Shown: in pieces, positions 27,353 through 40,470 of the stretch
Numbering within the stretch: position 1 is the stretch's first letter
How the letters are laid out: the number at the start of each line of letters is the position of its first letter
From: Candidatus Parcubacteria bacterium
GTDB taxonomy: Bacteria; Patescibacteriota; Minisyncoccia; UBA6257; HR35
Assembly: GCA_026004495.1 (NCBI GenBank)
Contig: BPJG01000001.1
Coordinates: forward strand, 277,133-341,132
Direction of reading: 5' to 3'
DNA: 64,000 nt
Program-made: the position numbers and the translations under genes
Notes under the pieces: model-generated
Database searches by the model: none
Told to the model about the DNA's origin: nothing
Seen by the model: only the letters and a program-made list of their open reading frames with translations

Positions 27353-28597
27353 TTATAAATTATAAATTTCCTTATTGGCGGGAAATTCTAAAATAAAAGT
27401 TGTCCCTATATTTTTTTTAGATTCAACTCTGATATTACCCTTATGAGCCTTAGTTAGACTATAAACAAGATAAAGACCCAAACCAAAGCCTATAGGTTTA
27501 ATTTCTTTGGCTTCATTGCTTCTAAAATATTTTTTAAATATATTATTTAAATCATCTTCACTCATACCAATACCAGTATCTGAAATTTTTATAACTATAT
27601 AATTTCTATCTAAATCTTTATTAATATTAAAAATAATTTTTCCGTTTGGTTTATTATAATCAATGGCGTTTTCGATTAAAGCTAGCATTATAGAAAATAT
27701 AATATTTTTATCAAAATAAAATTTTTCAGCAGCCTCATCTAAATAAACTTCTACTTTAATATTTTTATCCTCTAACGATGACTTAAATAAACTTAAGCAA
27801 CTATTAATTAATTCTTGAATACTATTTAATTCTAAGCTAACATTAACATCACCTTCTTCTGTTTTTCTGCTTAATATTATCATTTGAGTTAAAAATAGGG
27901 CTCTATTTATAATATCAATTTCTTGATTATAAATACTTTTATCTATTAATTCTTTATTTTCTTCAATTAGCCATTTTAGTTGATTTAATGGCGTACGTAA
28001 ATGATGTGCCAAAAGATCAAGTAATTCTAATGATTGTTTATTTTGTTTAATTTCTTGAGAGTGATCTAAGATAATCTTAAGATTAAATTCCTTTTTATTA
28101 TAATTAACCTTGGTATTAATAATAGAAATAAATATTTCATTTTTATAACTAATATCTATAATATCAGGATCACCAGATTTAATAATTTTTATATTTTCTG
28201 CAGTTAACGAAGGAAAAAAAATTAAAGCTAATTTAAGGTACTTTTCATTTTTTATTATCCAAGTATCTATTTTAAAATTAATAATTAATTTTTTATCTAG
28301 GCCGATAAATTTTTCAAAGGCATTATTAATATATAATACTTTCATTTCCTTATCATAAACAACCAGTGGATTGTTAATAAGATTAAATATTTTATCTAGT
28401 TTTAAGTAGAAATCTTCTTCACCGGTAATAATTTCTTCTTTTTTTAATCCAATCAAGATAAATAAAAAAAATAAATTTAAGATCAATAAAGCAAAAATTG
28501 ATAACTTTAAATAATTAAAATTAGGAATAAATAAAAAAAATAATAAGATAATTGTATTTACTAATAAAGATATTAAAAAAAATTTTGATCTATTCAT
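27353..28597 (-). CDS. Sensor histidine kinase (membrane-anchored, with a PAS-like region)
   Basis: H box LAHHLRTPLNQL. N box NAIDYN. G boxes DTGIGM and GFGLGL. An N-terminal transmembrane segment. Its start overlaps the polA stop (ATGA). No response regulator lies adjacent. Confidence 0.8.
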   Translation of the reverse strand: MNRSKFFLISLLVNTIILLFFLFIPNFNYLKLSIFALLILNLFFLFILIGLKKEEIITGEEDFYLKLDKIFNLINNPLVVYDKEMKVLYINNAFEKFIGLDKKLIINFKIDTWIIKNEKYLKLALIFFPSLTAENIKIIKSGDPDIIDISYKNEIFISIINTKVNYNKKEFNLKIILDHSQEIKQNKQSLELLDLLAHHLRTPLNQLKWLIEENKELIDKSIYNQEIDIINRALFLTQMIILSRKTEEGDVNVSLELNSIQELINSCLSLFKSSLEDKNIKVEVYLDEAAEKFYFDKNIIFSIMLALIENAIDYNKPNGKIIFNINKDLDRNYIVIKISDTGIGMSEDDLNNIFKKYFRSNEAKEIKPIGFGLGLYLVYSLTKAHKGNIRVESKKNIGTTFILEFPANKEIYNL

Positions 28598-31056
28598 TTT
28601 ATTTCTTTTAAATTATTACCTTCTCTAATTTTAACACAAAGTGGTACCTTTAAGTTAACAATATTTTCAAAAATATTTTTAAGTCTAAGTTTAACTTTGG
28701 CAACAAAATCATTTCTTATTTCAAATATTATTTCATCGTGAACGATTAATTTAAATCTAACTTCATTTAAAATATTTTTTTCTTTTAAATATTTAAATGC
28801 ATCGATTAAGGCTAACTTTAAAATATCAGCTGCCGTACCTTGAATAGGGCTATTAATGGCTATTCTTGTTGCTTTAATTGAATTACTTTCAAAGAAAAAT
28901 CTTTTTCTACCTAACAAAGTTTCAGTATGACCAAAAGAATTAAATCTATTTATAAGTTCATCTAAGAATTTTTTTACTCCGGGAAAATTTCTAAAATAAT
29001 TATTTATTAATTCTTTAGATGTATTTATTGATAATCCAGTTTTTTGAGCTATACCCGAAGGAGTAATGCCATAAATAATACCATAATTAATTATCTTGGC
29101 TAATCTTCGAGTCTTTTCATTTTCTTCCTTAAATAATAATTTAGCAATAATTGTATGAATATCTAAATTTTGGTAAAAAATATTTAATAAGTTTTCATCT
29201 TCGGAAAAATGAGCTAAGATTCTTAATTCTATTTGAGAATAGTCGTAGCTCAAAAAAATATAGTTTTTTTGAGAAGGTATAAAAACTTTTCTCAATTCTA
29301 AGGGAATATTCTGTAAATTGGGATAGAGAGATGTAATTCGACCTGTATTTGTTCCTGTTATTTCAAAGTTCGTATATATTTTATTATCATTTATATGTTT
29401 TAAAAAATTTTTAATAAAATTATTTAACAATTTTGATTTATTTTTATAATCTAAAATTTTTTTAATTAGAGGATGAAAATCAATTAATTTTTGCAGTTCA
29501 CTTTCCTTAACAGAAATTTCTCCTTTAGGAGTTTTTTTTATATTTTTTTTAGTTAACTTAAGTTTTTCGAAAATAATTTTTCTTAATTCATTGGAGGAAT
29601 TTATATTAAATTCAGTCTTAGCTAAATTATAAATCTCCATTTTAATATTTTTTAAATCTTCCAAAATATTTAATCTAATTTGGCTTAATTTTTCTTTGTC
29701 TATATTTAAGCCATAATTTTCCATAATTGCCAGTATAGAACTGACTTTTTGATCTATAATTAAAACATTTTGAAGTTGATTATTTATAATTTGCATATTT
29801 AAATCGTCATAAATTTTAGGCATTATTTTAAGAAAAATATTATTTTTGTTTATGTTATCGGTTATATCTTTAGAATAAAAATAGAGTATTTTTGTAATAT
29901 CTGGCTTAATAATATTTTTAACCAACCAGAAAGCTATCTTTATATCGAAAAATTTATCTATATTATCGACTTCTAATTGAAATTTATAACAATGTTTTAA
30001 AAATAACTTTAAATCATAAACAATAATTTGCTTAGAGTTTAAAATTTTTTTAAATATTTCTAAGTTTAAATTAAAATAGTAATATTTTTCGCCATCAGAA
30101 ATATAAATTACCTCATTATCAATAAAACAAAATAGATCATCAAAAAATAAAGGTAATTTTTCTTCAAATTTTATTTCACTAAAATCATTAGCCTCATTAA
30201 GTTGATTAATTTTTAATCTCTTAATAATTGAATAAAAATCAAATTCTTTTAAAACATTATAAACATTATCTAAATTAAAATATTCATATTTTTTTATTTT
30301 AAAATTTAAATCTATATCAGTAACTATGGTAGCTAACTCTTTGTTTAAAATTAATCTCTCTTTATTATCAATAATTAAATTCCTTAATTTTTCAGGTAGG
30401 ATTTTTTTTTCAGCAGCATATATTATTTGTTCTATATTATTAAATCTAAGCAATAAATCAATAGCAGTTTTTTGGCCAATCCCTTTTATTCCTAAAATAT
30501 TATCTGAACTATCACCAATTAATCCTTTCAAATCTGCTAATTGATAAGGTTGAAGATGAAATTTTTCTCTAACTTTATTTTTGTCATAAACCTCTACTTC
30601 AGAAATTCCCCTTTTAAAGAATTTTAAAATAGTGTTCTCGTCTAATATTTGTAATAAATCTAAGTCTCCACTGTAAATTACTTTTAATTTATAATTTAAT
30701 TTTTTAACAAAAAATCCTATTAAATCATCTGCTTCATAATTTTCCTTTTGAATAATTTCTATATTAAAAGCTTTTAATATTTTGGGTACTAAATTTAATT
30801 GAACCTTAAGGTCGTTAGGAATTTTAGGCCGTTGAGCTTTATAATTAATATCTTTTTTATGTCTAAATGTTTTTGTTTTGGAATCCAGACAGGCAATAAT
30901 ATAGTCTGGATTTTCTTCGTTTATTATCTTTAATAAAGCATTGGTTAAACCAAATAAAGCATTAGTAGGAATATTATTATGAGAAGTAAATAAAGGTAGA
31001 GCATAATAAAATCTATAAATTAAAGAGCTAATATCTAAAATTACTATTTTTTCCAT
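28594..31056 (-). CDS. polA: DNA polymerase I
   Basis: A 5'-3' exonuclease N-terminus. Polymerase motif A DYSQIELR. Motif B RRLAKIINYGIIYG. Motif C VHDE. Total 820 aa. Confidence 0.9.
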   Translation of the reverse strand: MEKIVILDISSLIYRFYYALPLFTSHNNIPTNALFGLTNALLKIINEENPDYIIACLDSKTKTFRHKKDINYKAQRPKIPNDLKVQLNLVPKILKAFNIEIIQKENYEADDLIGFFVKKLNYKLKVIYSGDLDLLQILDENTILKFFKRGISEVEVYDKNKVREKFHLQPYQLADLKGLIGDSSDNILGIKGIGQKTAIDLLLRFNNIEQIIYAAEKKILPEKLRNLIIDNKERLILNKELATIVTDIDLNFKIKKYEYFNLDNVYNVLKEFDFYSIIKRLKINQLNEANDFSEIKFEEKLPLFFDDLFCFIDNEVIYISDGEKYYYFNLNLEIFKKILNSKQIIVYDLKLFLKHCYKFQLEVDNIDKFFDIKIAFWLVKNIIKPDITKILYFYSKDITDNINKNNIFLKIMPKIYDDLNMQIINNQLQNVLIIDQKVSSILAIMENYGLNIDKEKLSQIRLNILEDLKNIKMEIYNLAKTEFNINSSNELRKIIFEKLKLTKKNIKKTPKGEISVKESELQKLIDFHPLIKKILDYKNKSKLLNNFIKNFLKHINDNKIYTNFEITGTNTGRITSLYPNLQNIPLELRKVFIPSQKNYIFLSYDYSQIELRILAHFSEDENLLNIFYQNLDIHTIIAKLLFKEENEKTRRLAKIINYGIIYGITPSGIAQKTGLSINTSKELINNYFRNFPGVKKFLDELINRFNSFGHTETLLGRKRFFFESNSIKATRIAINSPIQGTAADILKLALIDAFKYLKEKNILNEVRFKLIVHDEIIFEIRNDFVAKVKLRLKNIFENIVNLKVPLCVKIREGNNLKEIK

Positions 31057-31502
31057 TTGAGATAAATTAATCTTTTTTGTTTGCTTAGAATTTTAATTTC
31101 TACTAAAAAATATTTTAATTTGTTTTTATTTAAATAAAAAATTAATTTTTCGCCCCATTCTATTAAAAAAAGATTGTATTTTTCATTTATTTTAGTTTTT
31201 AATGATAATTTCAATAGCTCATTAGCACTTATTCTATAAAGATCAATATGATTAAGCTTAAATTTTTGTGATTTAAGATTGAATAAATATATTCGCCATA
31301 AAATAAAAGTAGGGCTTATTATGTTATCTTTTATTTTAAGTTTTTTGGCAAGTAATTTTACTAAAGTAGTTTTACCAGCTCCAAGATTTCCTTTTAAAAT
31401 TAATATTAATTTCTTATTTTTTAATAATTCACCTTCTACTAAGGAAAATAAATAATTATTTATAAATTCTTTAAAATCTTTTAAACTTTTAATAATTATC
31501 AT
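31044..31502 (-). CDS. tsaE: tRNA threonylcarbamoyladenosine biosynthesis protein TsaE
   Basis: A 152-aa protein with the P-loop GNLGAGKTTLVK. Confidence 0.75.
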   Translation of the reverse strand: MIIIKSLKDFKEFINNYLFSLVEGELLKNKKLILILKGNLGAGKTTLVKLLAKKLKIKDNIISPTFILWRIYLFNLKSQKFKLNHIDLYRISANELLKLSLKTKINEKYNLFLIEWGEKLIFYLNKNKLKYFLVEIKILSKQKRLIYLKWKK

Positions 31503-31803
31503 AAAAAAATTTTAATTAATTTTAGGCCAAAAATTAAGATACCCTATTAATAGGGTATCTTAATTTTATTTTGGGAAATTTTACAATTAACCTATTTTAT
31601 TCAATTTCTTCTCCCTCATTTTCATCATCGTTTTCATCACCTTCATCACCCCAAGAATCTTCTTCGGTTTCAAAATCATCAAAATCTTTTTCTTCTTCAA
31701 AATCAAATTCTTCATTTTCTTCTAACTCATCTTCTTGCATTAAAAACAGTTTTTTCATTTGTAGAATATCAAATTATAAATTATTAATTCGACCAAAAAA
31801 CTA

Positions 31804-32493
31804 TTAATAATAAACCTCATAAACATCATCATGATTTAAAAGTTTATCAACTAAATCATTAAGGTTTTCTTTATTTTTTATAATACCATAACTTTTGTTA
31901 ATATACCTAATTTCTGTGGATATAATTTTTATATTCAATTTTTCTAAAAAATATTTCAAATTATATAAATTACTAACATCAGTATAAAATATTATTTTAT
32001 CATTATTTTCTCTAAAATCTTCAATAAGGTTATAATTTTTTTCAAAAATTTCTTCCTTAAAATCTAATTTATTTATTATGATAATTCCAACTTCTTTAAA
32101 TAACCAACTAACAGAACCTGGTTCTGCTAATTTGGCATTATTTTTATTTAAAATACTTTTTATTTCTCCAATAGTTCGATTACGATTATTAGATAGACAT
32201 TTAATTAAAATTCCATTACCATCAGAATCATAAGCTTCTAAAATAAATTCTTCTAAATCATTAAATTTTTTTTCCTTAATCTTTTTTAAATTTCTTTCTA
32301 TTACTTCTTGAGAGATACCAAAATCCTTTGCTCTTTCAATAACTGCTCTTAATTTAGGATTAGTATCAGGATTTGGATTATCTTTAGCGCTAGCTAAAAT
32401 TAAATTGACTAATTTAGCAATTAATTGACTTTTCTTTTTATCGATTGCACTCTTTTTATGTTTTATTTGAGCCCAATGAGAATGTCCAGCCAT
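31804..32493 (-). CDS. yebC: YebC/PmpR family transcriptional regulator
   Basis: N-terminus MAGHSHWAQIKHKK. Total 229 aa. Confidence 0.85.
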   Translation of the reverse strand: MAGHSHWAQIKHKKSAIDKKKSQLIAKLVNLILASAKDNPNPDTNPKLRAVIERAKDFGISQEVIERNLKKIKEKKFNDLEEFILEAYDSDGNGILIKCLSNNRNRTIGEIKSILNKNNAKLAEPGSVSWLFKEVGIIIINKLDFKEEIFEKNYNLIEDFRENNDKIIFYTDVSNLYNLKYFLEKLNIKIISTEIRYINKSYGIIKNKENLNDLVDKLLNHDDVYEVYY

Positions 32494-32527
32494 TTTTTAG
32501 AAAAAATATAAAAATGTAATTTTTTGT

Positions 32528-35497
<2,970 letters not shown>

Positions 35498-35664
35498 AAA
35501 AATTACATTAACTTATAAATATTTTCTATCTTAAAATAAATTTTGAGAGAACATTCAAAATAATTCTCTTTATTTTCTATAATTATTTTTAAATAATATC
35601 TCTCAGCCAAGAATATCTATTTTTTTAAATTTTTATAAAATCAAATTATCTATTGTTATTTATT

Positions 35665-35693
35665 ATTATAAATAAATTAAAATATCCTGTCAA
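35665..35693 (-). promoter_or_regulatory. Consensus sigma-70 promoter upstream of the 23S rRNA
   Basis: On the minus strand: TTGACA (35693-35688), a 17-nt spacer, then TATAAT (35670-35665). This lies about 160 nt upstream of the mature 23S 5' end. Confidence 0.45.
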
Positions 35694-35745
35694 GTATCTC
35701 GGTAAATTTTTATAATATTGAATTCTGTAATAAAATATTTAATTT

Positions 35746-36438
35746 TTAAAATTTATCCCTTAAACGATGGAGAAAGTCTCTTGCTACATCTTGGCCACCT
35801 AATCCAAATGATAATCCTATTGCTAATGCAAAGGCCAAAGCCATTCCAAACAATAATATATTAAAAACATCAGTAGCGATTCCTAATTGGTTAAGTGATA
35901 ATATTAATCCAAAAATTACTATAACATAATAAATGATATCAGAACCTAATTCTGCTCCTTTTGTTTCAATACCCCTTAAAAAAACATAGACTAATCTTTT
36001 TATTAAATCTCCTAAAAATATTGCTAGAACAAAAATAAGCCCAGCAACTAAAGCTCTAGGTAAAAATCTGATAATTTCATTCAATAATTGACTAAAAGAC
36101 GATAAACCTAAAATATCAAAAGCAGAAACTAGAAATACAAGAAATATTAACCAAAAGACTAATTTACCTAAAAAAATTTCAGCCCTTAGTTCAACATTAG
36201 ATTTTTCTAAAAATTTTCCAAAACCTAAATCAATTAAATATTTATTAATACTTAATTTAGCAACAATATATTTTATGAAAGTTTCGAAAACCCATCCTAT
36301 CAAATAACCCAATAAAATAAACAATAGAGCCAAGATTAAATTTGGTATAAAATTAATAAGTCTACCAATTATATCTAAAAAATAAAATTGGATTAAATCA
36401 ACAGGAGTATTAGGATAATTAACAGCTAAGTTGTTCAT
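35746..36438 (-). CDS. Polytopic membrane protein (hypothetical; conserved-transmembrane-helix or mechanosensitive-channel-like)
   Basis: A 230-aa protein with at least 5 hydrophobic helices. No firm family assignment. Confidence 0.45.
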   Translation of the reverse strand: MNNLAVNYPNTPVDLIQFYFLDIIGRLINFIPNLILALLFILLGYLIGWVFETFIKYIVAKLSINKYLIDLGFGKFLEKSNVELRAEIFLGKLVFWLIFLVFLVSAFDILGLSSFSQLLNEIIRFLPRALVAGLIFVLAIFLGDLIKRLVYVFLRGIETKGAELGSDIIYYVIVIFGLILSLNQLGIATDVFNILLFGMALAFALAIGLSFGLGGQDVARDFLHRLRDKF

Positions 36439-36572
36439 TTTAATTTTTTATTTTTTTATAATTTTTCTCTCTATCCACACAACGGGATATAGAGAGGCAA
36501 AGGGTTTAATTTTGAATATTTTTAATCTATAAATTTAAATTTTAATATAATTTAATTTTTTTTAAATAAAAT

Positions 36573-36581
36573 TGTGGATAA
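36573..36581 (-). promoter_or_regulatory. Perfect DnaA box in a 350-bp divergent intergenic region
   Basis: TGTGGATAA at 36573-36581. A one-mismatch box CTATCCACA lies at 36471-36479 inside a bulged stem-loop at 36467-36496. Confidence 0.35.
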
Positions 36582-36783
36582 TAATATCTTGACTAATACT
36601 TAAAAAAGATGTATAATATTTTTAAATTAAAGATAAAAAATTTTGTTTTAAATGAAATTATTTAGAAATATCATTAAGCAAATTAATCAAATACCCAAGG
36701 AGGGGGTATAATTTTTGTTTTTAATAAAAATATAAAAATAATGAAAACCCCCTCCCAAAGAGGGGGTTTAAAAATTTCTAAAT

Positions 36784-37350
36784 ATGAACAGTAATAAATT
36801 TTTAAAAGAAATAGATAAATTATATAATTTAAAAAATTGGGAATTAAATTTATTTGAGTTTAATTTCGTTGATAAGGATGAAATTTCTGCTTATTTAAAA
36901 TTTTCTAATAATTTTAATAATTTAGATGGGATATTTTCTAACATTCAACTAAATCAAGAAAATATTAAAAAGAATGTCCTGCTTTATTTACTCATAAGGA
37001 ATTTAGTTAATAGCAATAATGATCACAATTTTTCGTTAATTAATAATAAAATAAAAACCTTAAAGCTGATAAAAGAATTAAACTTTAATTACCAAGAAAA
37101 TATTCTAAAAACTTATGTTTTGAGTGGAATTTACTTTATCAAAGAAAATATTGATCATCCATTTATTAATTTTAAAAAATCTTTATTAAAATATTTTCAT
37201 GATAGCGGAGGGTTTGACATTGATGTTTGGGGAGTAAATATTAAGATAAATATTTTAATAGAATTGATAGATAGAAATGATTTAGAAATAATTCTTAATA
37301 AAAATAAAAATATAGATTGGCAACAATTTTATATGTTAACTTATTATTAA
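36784..37350 (+). CDS. Hypothetical protein
   Basis: A 188-aa ORF preceded by a G/C-tract hairpin in the 5' leader. No recognised motifs. Confidence 0.45.
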   Translation: MNSNKFLKEIDKLYNLKNWELNLFEFNFVDKDEISAYLKFSNNFNNLDGIFSNIQLNQENIKKNVLLYLLIRNLVNSNNDHNFSLINNKIKTLKLIKELNFNYQENILKTYVLSGIYFIKENIDHPFINFKKSLLKYFHDSGGFDIDVWGVNIKINILIELIDRNDLEIILNKNKNIDWQQFYMLTYY

Positions 37351-38627
37351 AATATCTTTTTAATTAAAACAGTAAAACCCAAAGCTAAAATTAAAAAAAT
37401 AGGTACTATAATAATATATAAAGTATAAACATCATGATCACCAAGATTATCATTAATATTAGCGGTTAAATTCTTATCTTTTTTTTCATTTTTATTATTT
37501 AGGGAATTATAATTTTTATATGATTCATTTTCTAAAATATTAAAGTTATTTTTTTTGTCTAAGCCTATAAAAATATTATGTTTTCCTGGGGTAGGTTCGG
37601 TAAAGTACCATTTGCCATTAATATCTCGGGAAAGGCTTTTTCCTTGTGGTGCCCTTCCGTTATATTTGATTGAAAAAACTTTATCATTTTTCCAAAATAA
37701 ACTTAAATTTTCACCTCTATTTTTTATTGAAAATTTATATTCTTTATTGTCAATAACAAAATATCCTTTAGGATCAATAAATCCCTTTAATTTATTTTTT
37801 TTATTACCTACTTCAAGAATAAAATTAGTTAAATTTATTTTTTCATCAGAATCATTAAATAATTCAATAAATTCATTTCCTTGATCTTTGCCTTCAGGAT
37901 TAGGCAAAAATTCATTTATTATTAAATTAAAAGCAGTTTCATTCTCATCTTGATTTAAAGAAGATAAAAAATTATTAATAAGCAAGCTTGAACTTGCTTT
38001 ATTTAAATTATTTGATGAAGTTAAATTTTTATTTATATTTACTATTCGATTATCCTCTTGTTTATTATAGTCTATATTATTATCATTATTATAATTATTG
38101 TTTTTATTATTAATTTTATAAACATTATCATCAATTAATATCCCTGGCGTGCCACCTTTTATTTTATTTTCTTTACAGGTATCATTTTCAAAAATTATTG
38201 AATAGCCATTATTAAAACCTCCACAATTTTTATTATAATAAACTTCTCCAATTAATTTTTTTTCATCATCAAATATTTGAATTTTACCTTCATTATTTTT
38301 TAAAGAAAAATTAGCTTCAATTAACTGAGAATTAACTTTGGGATATTCTTTTAAAAATAAATTTTTATCTTGAACAATAACAAAAACTTCATTTTCTTTT
38401 ATTTCTATATTTTGTTTAAAAATATGATTTTCGCCATCATTAATTTTCCAGCCCGATCTTCCGCTTTTTATTTTTATTGTTTCTTGATATTTATTAATAA
38501 CTTCTATCCACTCCCTACCATCATCATTGCCTTCAGGATTATACATACATTCTTTAATTAATAATTGAGCCAGAGATATTTGATAATTTAAAATAAATAT
38601 CAAAGTAAATATAAAAAGAGGCATCAA
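37347..38627 (-). CDS. Secreted protein with two lamin-tail domains (LTD) and a C-terminal membrane anchor
   Basis: Two copies of the LTD signature: CMYNPEGNDDGREWIEVIN and LPNPEGKDQGNEFIELFN. An Asn-rich linker. A C-terminal hydrophobic helix. Confidence 0.6.
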   Translation of the reverse strand: MMPLFIFTLIFILNYQISLAQLLIKECMYNPEGNDDGREWIEVINKYQETIKIKSGRSGWKINDGENHIFKQNIEIKENEVFVIVQDKNLFLKEYPKVNSQLIEANFSLKNNEGKIQIFDDEKKLIGEVYYNKNCGGFNNGYSIIFENDTCKENKIKGGTPGILIDDNVYKINNKNNNYNNDNNIDYNKQEDNRIVNINKNLTSSNNLNKASSSLLINNFLSSLNQDENETAFNLIINEFLPNPEGKDQGNEFIELFNDSDEKINLTNFILEVGNKKNKLKGFIDPKGYFVIDNKEYKFSIKNRGENLSLFWKNDKVFSIKYNGRAPQGKSLSRDINGKWYFTEPTPGKHNIFIGLDKKNNFNILENESYKNYNSLNNKNEKKDKNLTANINDNLGDHDVYTLYIIIVPIFLILALGFTVLIKKIF

Positions 38628-38965
38628 ATTTTTTTTAATTTTTTCCTCAATTTATGATCAGAAATATTTCTAACAAAATATAATTTTGCTCTTCTTGTTT
38701 TTGCCCTAGAAATCACTTCAATTTTATTAATAACTGGTGAGTAATAAAAAAATGTTTTTTCTAAATACTGACCAGCAACTTTTCCCCTTACAGTGAATGT
38801 TTTATTTAAGCTATTTTTATTTTTAACTCTAATAACTATCCCCTCAAAAATAGAATAATTATTATCAGAAACACTTTCCCAAACCTTAATAGTCATTCCT
38901 GGTTTAATTTCGGGCAAACTATCTTTTGTTTTTAATTTATTTAAATACATTCTTAAGGTATCCAT
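38624..38965 (-). CDS. rplS: 50S ribosomal protein L19
   Basis: FEGIVIRVKN...TFTVRGKVAGQYLEKTFFYYSP...KLYFVR matches the L19 consensus. Confidence 0.85.
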   Translation of the reverse strand: MDTLRMYLNKLKTKDSLPEIKPGMTIKVWESVSDNNYSIFEGIVIRVKNKNSLNKTFTVRGKVAGQYLEKTFFYYSPVINKIEVISRAKTRRAKLYFVRNISDHKLRKKLKKI

Positions 38966-38966
38966 T

Positions 38967-39038
38967 TGCCCCGAGAGGGATTCGAACCCCCGACCTCCTG
39001 CTTAAAAGGCAGTTGCTCTACCAGCTGAGCTACCGGGG
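38967..39038 (-). tRNA. tRNA-Lys (anticodon UUU)
   Basis: Hand fold: acceptor GCCCCGG/TCGGGGC; D arm GCTC-AGCTGGTA-GAGC; anticodon loop CTTTTAA; T arm GGGGG-TTCGAAT-CCCTC. Confidence 0.75.
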
Positions 39039-39147
39039 CAAATCTTAAAAAAATTTTAAAAATAAAATATAAATAATATCTAAAAATATTAATTATTTAA
39101 ATTATAAACAATTTCAGATATTTTTCTACTCTTATAAAATTTTTTAA

Positions 39148-40470
39148 TCAAATTTCAGTAAAATTGGTATAAGGAATTAGTTCTTTGGGTATTTTAACTC
39201 TTTCACCATGTTGATGATTTTCTAAAATAGCAATCAACACCCTTCCTAAAGCGAAAGCAGTTCCATTTAAAACATTAACTAATTTTAAAATATTCTTATC
39301 TCGATATCTGATATTTAATCTTCTTGATTGATAATCAGTTGTCAAAGAACAGGAATGCGTTTCTCTATATTTATTTTCGCTGGGCAACCAAACTTCAACA
39401 TCAAAACCCTTAGCCGTTGGATGACCTAAGTCAGCAGTACATCTTTCAATTACCCTATAGGGTAATTCAAGTAATCTCATTAATTTTTCCTCAATAGCTA
39501 GTAAAAAATTTAACTCATTTATAGAATTTTCTGGTAAACAAAAAGAAATCATTTCTATTTTATCAAATTGATGAACTCTCAATATTCCTCTTGTGTCTTT
39601 GCCATAACTTCCTGCTTCCTTTCGAAAACAAGTTGAAAATCCTAAAAATCTAATTGGTAAATCTTCCTTGTTCAAAATTTCATCTTTAAAATAAGGAACT
39701 AAAGAATGTTCGGCTGTTCCAATTAAATAAAAATTATTTTCTTTAATTTCAAAAAAATCTATTAAGCCGCTATCCAAATAACCTAGGCCGTTCATGATTT
39801 CTTTTTTAATAAAGACTGGTGGCAAAATAGGTATAAATTCATTATTTTTTACATTTAAATTAAATTCTTCAATAACTTTATTAATAAATTCTTTATTGGT
39901 TAATTTATCAAAAACAAAATTTATAATAGCAAATTCTAGTAAAACTAATTTATTTTTAAGGAAAGCAAATCTTGAACCAGAAATTTTACTTGCTCTTTTA
40001 ATATCAATAAGGTCATTATTTAGCGAAAAATTTAAATAATCAGTTTTATTTTTAGATTGTTTAATGTCTCCAAAATATCTAATAACAACGTTATCTTTGT
40101 CGCTCTCTCCAATAGGCACATTGTCTAATGCTGGATTAGGAATTTTCTTTAAAGAATCAGAAATTTCTAACTCTAATTTACTAATTTCATCCTCAATTAC
40201 TTTAATTTTATTTTTTATTTTTTTAAGATAATTAATTTCTAATTTACTTGGTTTATTAATAGATAATTTGTTTATTTCAAATCTTAAATTATCTCTTTTT
40301 TTTATCAATCTATTTAAAAAATTTTTTTTCTGAATTAAAATATCAATTAATTCATCAAGGTTATAGCCTTTATCTTTGCTTGTTTTTTTATAAAAATCTG
40401 GACGTTTTATAAGGTCTTTAATGTCAATCATAATAAAATTATAAATATGAAAAGAAAAAAATATAGTCAA
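39148..40470 (-). CDS. serS: Seryl-tRNA synthetase
   Basis: An N-terminal coiled-coil arm. Class II motif 2 FRKEAGSYGKDTRGILRVHQFDKIEM. Confidence 0.9.
   Translation of the reverse strand: MTIFFSFHIYNFIMIDIKDLIKRPDFYKKTSKDKGYNLDELIDILIQKKNFLNRLIKKRDNLRFEINKLSINKPSKLEINYLKKIKNKIKVIEDEISKLELEISDSLKKIPNPALDNVPIGESDKDNVVIRYFGDIKQSKNKTDYLNFSLNNDLIDIKRASKISGSRFAFLKNKLVLLEFAIINFVFDKLTNKEFINKVIEEFNLNVKNNEFIPILPPVFIKKEIMNGLGYLDSGLIDFFEIKENNFYLIGTAEHSLVPYFKDEILNKEDLPIRFLGFSTCFRKEAGSYGKDTRGILRVHQFDKIEMISFCLPENSINELNFLLAIEEKLMRLLELPYRVIERCTADLGHPTAKGFDVEVWLPSENKYRETHSCSLTTDYQSRRLNIRYRDKNILKLVNVLNGTAFALGRVLIAILENHQHGERVKIPKELIPYTNFTEI

Noticed and set aside
31571-31807. Ser-rich 78-aa plus-strand ORF
   Set aside because: It is pure low-complexity (poly-Ser/Phe) and antisense to an acidic ORF and to the neighbouring operon direction.
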